A stretch of DNA of 10,625 nt. It comes from Cyanophyceae cyanobacterium (GTDB lineage Bacteria; Cyanobacteriota; Cyanobacteriia; Cyanobacteriales; JBHJGN01). Below the pieces are notes generated by a model. It worked only from the letters and a program-made list of their open reading frames with translations, made no database searches and was not told the origin of the DNA. Where the stretch lies: the NCBI GenBank assembly GCA_050331735.1, contig JBHJGN010000010.1, positions 1 through 10,625 of the forward strand, given 5' to 3'. The position numbers were made by a program, and so were the translations under genes. Below, piece after piece: positions 7,474 to 10,625 of this stretch; positions within the stretch are counted from its first letter, which is position 1; each line of letters opens with the position of its first letter.

Positions 7474-9597
7474 CTACAGTCTTCGCAGTACAACAATGGA
7501 GCGATCGCGGACCGGAACGGGAATGTCATCGCGATAGCGCTTGCCTCGCTCGACAAACCGGGGTTTAGTAGTATCAATCATGACTGCCCACTCCCGCTTG
7601 TTGAGGGCTTCAGGAAGCGTAAACTCTAGGGTTTCGTAGTGAGCGTTAAAAAATAGCAAAAAACTATCGTCCATCACTCGCTCTCCCTGCTGCCCTGGCG
7701 TGGGAATCGCTTCTCCATTGAGAAAGATCCCAATTGCCTTGGCATAACCGCTATTCCATTGCTCCTCCGTCATCTGACCACCATCGGGATTGTACCAGGC
7801 AATATCGCTGGCGCTGACGCCCCGAATAGCTCGTCCCTGGAACCACTTGCGGCGGCGGAATATCGGATGTTGACGCCGAAAATAAATAAGCTGTCGGGCA
7901 AAATCAAGCAGGGCCACATTTTCTTCTTGCAGATCCCAATCTAGCCACGATAGCTCGTTGTCGTGACAGTAAACGTTATTGTTGCCCTTTTGAGTGCGTC
8001 CTAGTTCATCTCCACTGAGAAGCATGGGAACGCCCTGAGACAGCATGAGAGTAACCAAGAAATTGCGTCGTTGCTTATTGCGAAGCTGCAATACTTTCGG
8101 GTCATCCGTTTCTCCCTCTGCACCGCAGTTCCAGGAGCGGTTGTGGCTTTCCCCATCTTGATTATCTTCTCCATTAGCCTCGTTGTGCTTTTCGTTGTAG
8201 CTCACTAAATCGTTGAGGGTAAAGCCATCGTGGGCCGTAATAAAGTTGATGCTGGCGCTGGGCTGTCGTCCGTTGTACTGGTACAAATCCGAACTTCCCG
8301 TGAAGCAGTAGGCGAAGTTTCCTAAAGAGCTATCCTCGCCGCGCCAGAAATCCCGTACCGTATCGCGGTAGCGCCCGTTCCACTCCGACCACAGCAGCGG
8401 AAATTTCCCCACCTGATAGCCTCCTTCGCCTACATCCCAGGGTTCGGCAATCAGCTTCACGTCGGACAGCACTGGGTCTTGGTGAATAATTTCAAAGAAA
8501 GCGGCGAGATTATTCACTTCGTACAGTTCTCGCGCCAAGGCTGAAGCTAAGTCGAAGCGGAAGCCGTCAACGTGCATCTCCAGCACCCAGTAGCGCAGGC
8601 TGTCCATGATCAGCTTTAGTACCTGCGGATGACTGACGTTGAGAGAGTTGCCGCAGCCGGTAAAATCCATGTAGTACCGAGGCGCATCGTCCACCAAACG
8701 ATAATAGGTCGGATTATCAATTCCCCGAAGCGAAAGGGTCGGACCCAAGTGGTTGCCCTCGCCCGTGTGGTTGTAGACCACATCGAGAATGACTTCGATT
8801 CCGCCAGCGTGGAGGGCTTTGACCATGCGCTTGAATTCTCTCACCTGCTGGTCTGGAGACTTGGTAGCACAGTAGCCGGAGTAGGGAGCAAAGTAGCAAA
8901 TCGAATCGTAGCCCCAGTAATTGGCAAGTCCTTTGTCTACTAAATGTCCTGGCTGGGAAAGAAAGTGATGAACCGGCATTAACTCCACTGCTGTAATGCC
9001 CAAGGATTGCAGATAAGAGACTGCCGCCGGATGGCCCAGCCCAGCAAAGGTTCCTCGCAGAGGTTCCGGAATATCAGGCTGAAGTTTCGTAAAGCCCTTA
9101 ACGTGGGCTTCATAAATTACCGTTTCGTGTTCTGGAATTCTCAACAGGCGATCATCGCCCCAGTCAAAGGAATCGTCTACCACGACTGCCTTGGGAACTA
9201 ACGGTGCATCATCTAACTCTGAGAACGCTAAATCTTGGTCCGGATCGTCCCAGGGATAGCCGAAGATCTCTTCGCCGTAGCCAATTTCGCCATCCAAGGC
9301 TTTCGCGTAGGGATCGATCAAGAGCTTGTTTGGATTGAAGCGCAGTCCCTGCTCTGGCTCAAAGGGACCGTGAACTCGAAATCCGTAACGCTGTCCGGGT
9401 CCAATACTCGGGAGATAACCATGCCAAATATAAATTGAAACTTCCGTAAGCGGCACCCGCGTTTCCTGATTATGGCTATCGAACAAGCACAATTCCACTT
9501 TAGTTGCGTTTTCGCTGTAAATTGAGAAGTTAGTGCCCTTGCCATCCCAACTGGCTCCGAGGGGATAGGGTCTACCGGGCCACACTGGTACGTACAT
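7474..9597 (-). CDS. glgX: Glycogen debranching enzyme / isoamylase (GH13)
   Basis: [11 protein letters not shown]-terminus, [15 protein letters not shown], catalytic motifs [16 protein letters not shown] and [10 protein letters not shown], plus NRSWNCG and SQGVPML. Confidence 0.97.
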   Translation of the reverse strand: MYVPVWPGRPYPLGASWDGKGTNFSIYSENATKVELCLFDSHNQETRVPLTEVSIYIWHGYLPSIGPGQRYGFRVHGPFEPEQGLRFNPNKLLIDPYAKALDGEIGYGEEIFGYPWDDPDQDLAFSELDDAPLVPKAVVVDDSFDWGDDRLLRIPEHETVIYEAHVKGFTKLQPDIPEPLRGTFAGLGHPAAVSYLQSLGITAVELMPVHHFLSQPGHLVDKGLANYWGYDSICYFAPYSGYCATKSPDQQVREFKRMVKALHAGGIEVILDVVYNHTGEGNHLGPTLSLRGIDNPTYYRLVDDAPRYYMDFTGCGNSLNVSHPQVLKLIMDSLRYWVLEMHVDGFRFDLASALARELYEVNNLAAFFEIIHQDPVLSDVKLIAEPWDVGEGGYQVGKFPLLWSEWNGRYRDTVRDFWRGEDSSLGNFAYCFTGSSDLYQYNGRQPSASINFITAHDGFTLNDLVSYNEKHNEANGEDNQDGESHNRSWNCGAEGETDDPKVLQLRNKQRRNFLVTLMLSQGVPMLLSGDELGRTQKGNNNVYCHDNELSWLDWDLQEENVALLDFARQLIYFRRQHPIFRRRKWFQGRAIRGVSASDIAWYNPDGGQMTEEQWNSGYAKAIGIFLNGEAIPTPGQQGERVMDDSFLLFFNAHYETLEFTLPEALNKREWAVMIDTTKPRFVERGKRYRDDIPVPVRDRSIVVLRRL

Positions 9598-9784
9598 TCC
9601 TAAACCCCGCGAAGATACAAAGTAGATACAGAATTGTTGACCAAACGCACAGTTAGTCCACCATGATTAATCTTTATAGAAAACTACCAGAAAATGAACC
9701 GAGGAGAGTCTATCTAAAGATAGTTAAACAAGAGATTCTGAACCAATTACTGACGGAGCTTCACAGGCTGTGAATGTCTGTGCT

Positions 9785-9810
9785 CTGAGCTGGGCGATCG
9801 CCCAGCTCAG
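9785..9810. repeat. Perfect 26-bp palindrome centred on HIP1
   Basis: CTGAGCTGGGCGA|TCGCCCAGCTCAG. Confidence 0.9.
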
Positions 9811-9893
9811 CGATCCGATGGCCGGATTTCCGCCTAGACTAAAAAGTAACCACCAATTCAGAGCATTTTTTGGTGGCTATCAAGACATTTTCT

Positions 9894-10625
9894 ATGTTAG
9901 ACCACCCCTTCCCCATTACCCTCCCCCCCACTCAGGACGAGCTACCCTGCGACGACGGCGTACCGATGGAAACTGGAAGACATCGCCTCCAGATGGAGCT
10001 GCTGATCAATTCTCTCGACCAATGGTTGAGTAGACAAGATGTCTTTGTCGGCGGCAATATGTTTTTGTACTATAGCTTGGCTCAGGTCAAAAATCAGGAT
10101 TTTAAAGGGCCCGATGTATTCGTGGCTCTAGATGTCGCCTGGCGTGAGCGGAAAAGTTGGGTGGTTTGGGAAGAAGGAAAACCCCCCGATATTGTCATCG
10201 AACTGCTTTCCGATAGTACTCGGAAGGTTGACAAGCAAGAGAAAAAACAAATTTATCAAGATCGCGTTCGCGTAGCGGAATATTATTGGTACGACCCTTT
10301 TAACTCCGAAGATTTTGCCGGATTTATTCTTCAGGGAAGCGAGTACACGCCTTTACCCTTTGATAGCGATAATAACTTGACAAGTCCCAGACTCGACTTG
10401 AAGCTTGTGCGCTGGCAGGGAGTTTATCACCGGGTTGACGCCGTATGGCTGCGCTGGGCAACGTTAGCCGGAGAGTTACTGCCAACGGATGAAGAATTAG
10501 CCGAGCAAGAACGGCAGAGAGCTCAACAAGCCCAACAGCAGGCCGAGCAAGCCCACCAGCAGGCCGAGCAAGACCACCAGCAGGCCGCGGAAGCCCAGCA
10601 GGTCGCCGAGCTAGGTCTACACGAC
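9894..10625 (+). CDS. Uma2-family (DUF820, PD-(D/E)xK-like) putative endonuclease with a coiled-coil tail, truncated at the window end
   Basis: ATG at 9894 opens MLDHPFPITLPPTQDELPCDDGVPMETGRHRLQMELLI...FVGGNMFLYYS...DFKGPDVFV...RKSWVVWEEGKPPDIVIELLSDST...EYYWYDPF...WLRWATLAGELLPTDEELAEQERQRA..., and the frame stays open to the end (244 codons). It is absent from the ORF track because it has no stop codon. Confidence 0.92.
   Translation, partial: MLDHPFPITLPPTQDELPCDDGVPMETGRHRLQMELLINSLDQWLSRQDVFVGGNMFLYYSLAQVKNQDFKGPDVFVALDVAWRERKSWVVWEEGKPPDIVIELLSDSTRKVDKQEKKQIYQDRVRVAEYYWYDPFNSEDFAGFILQGSEYTPLPFDSDNNLTSPRLDLKLVRWQGVYHRVDAVWLRWATLAGELLPTDEELAEQERQRAQQAQQQAEQAHQQAEQDHQQAAEAQQVAELGLHD
10500..10625 (+). 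repeat. 21-nt tandem repeat encoding heptads (AEQAHQQ-like) in the Uma2 tail
   Basis: Units start at 10500, 10521, 10542, 10563, 10584 and 10605, e.g. GCCGAGCAAGCCCACCAGCAG and GCCGAGCAAGACCACCAGCAG. Confidence 0.85.

Larger units (their letters stand above)
1768..9801. repeat. HIP1 octamer GCGATCGC, dispersed (at least 8 copies)
   Basis: Copies at 1768, 2283, 4656, 4728, 6188, 6643, 7501 and 9794. This is far above random expectation (about 0.2 per 10 kb) and typical of HIP1-bearing cyanobacteria. Confidence 0.92.

Noticed and set aside
7759..9545. Short ORFs antisense or out of frame within glgX (and similar ones within psbC, desA and other genes)
   Set aside because: These are shadow ORFs of well-supported genes with no independent motif or RBS evidence.
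9770..10033. 87-aa ORF in the track
   Set aside because: It overlaps, out of frame, the real Uma2 gene starting at 9894 and runs through the palindromic intergenic region.
10617..10625. Terminal CTACACGAC resembling part of an Illumina adapter
   Set aside because: The match is only 9 nt, and the orientation is not that expected for adapter read-through. It cannot be distinguished from noisy repeat sequence.

Overview
This is a cyanobacterial chromosomal segment, supported by 8 HIP1 GCGATCGC sites and photosystem II genes. It is probably a whole assembly contig, broken at a usually multi-copy gene (psbD) on the left and at a tandem repeat inside a Uma2 gene on the right. Gene order: 3' end of psbD overlapping psbC (CP43, GTG start), a terminator, an NblB-like HEAT-repeat protein, a CpcU-like bilin lyase, desA (delta-12 desaturase), a convergent YcjF/DUF697 GTPase, a divergent short TPR protein, a secreted acidic protein with two repeated domains, convergent glgX, and a divergent Uma2-family endonuclease that is truncated and missing from the ORF track. 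The gene content is mostly ordinary. I see no CRISPR array, mobile element, tRNA or rRNA, and no clear new multi-gene system. The most interesting signals are non-coding: (1) a mirror-symmetric cluster of five mini-hairpin plus purine-tract units attached to the stop codons of desA and the GTPase; (2) a G.U-rich, possibly bistable hairpin in the desA leader; (3) a perfect 26-bp palindrome centred on HIP1; (4) a TCTATC-N4-GATAG palindrome upstream of glgX, with a partial copy upstream of the secreted protein.
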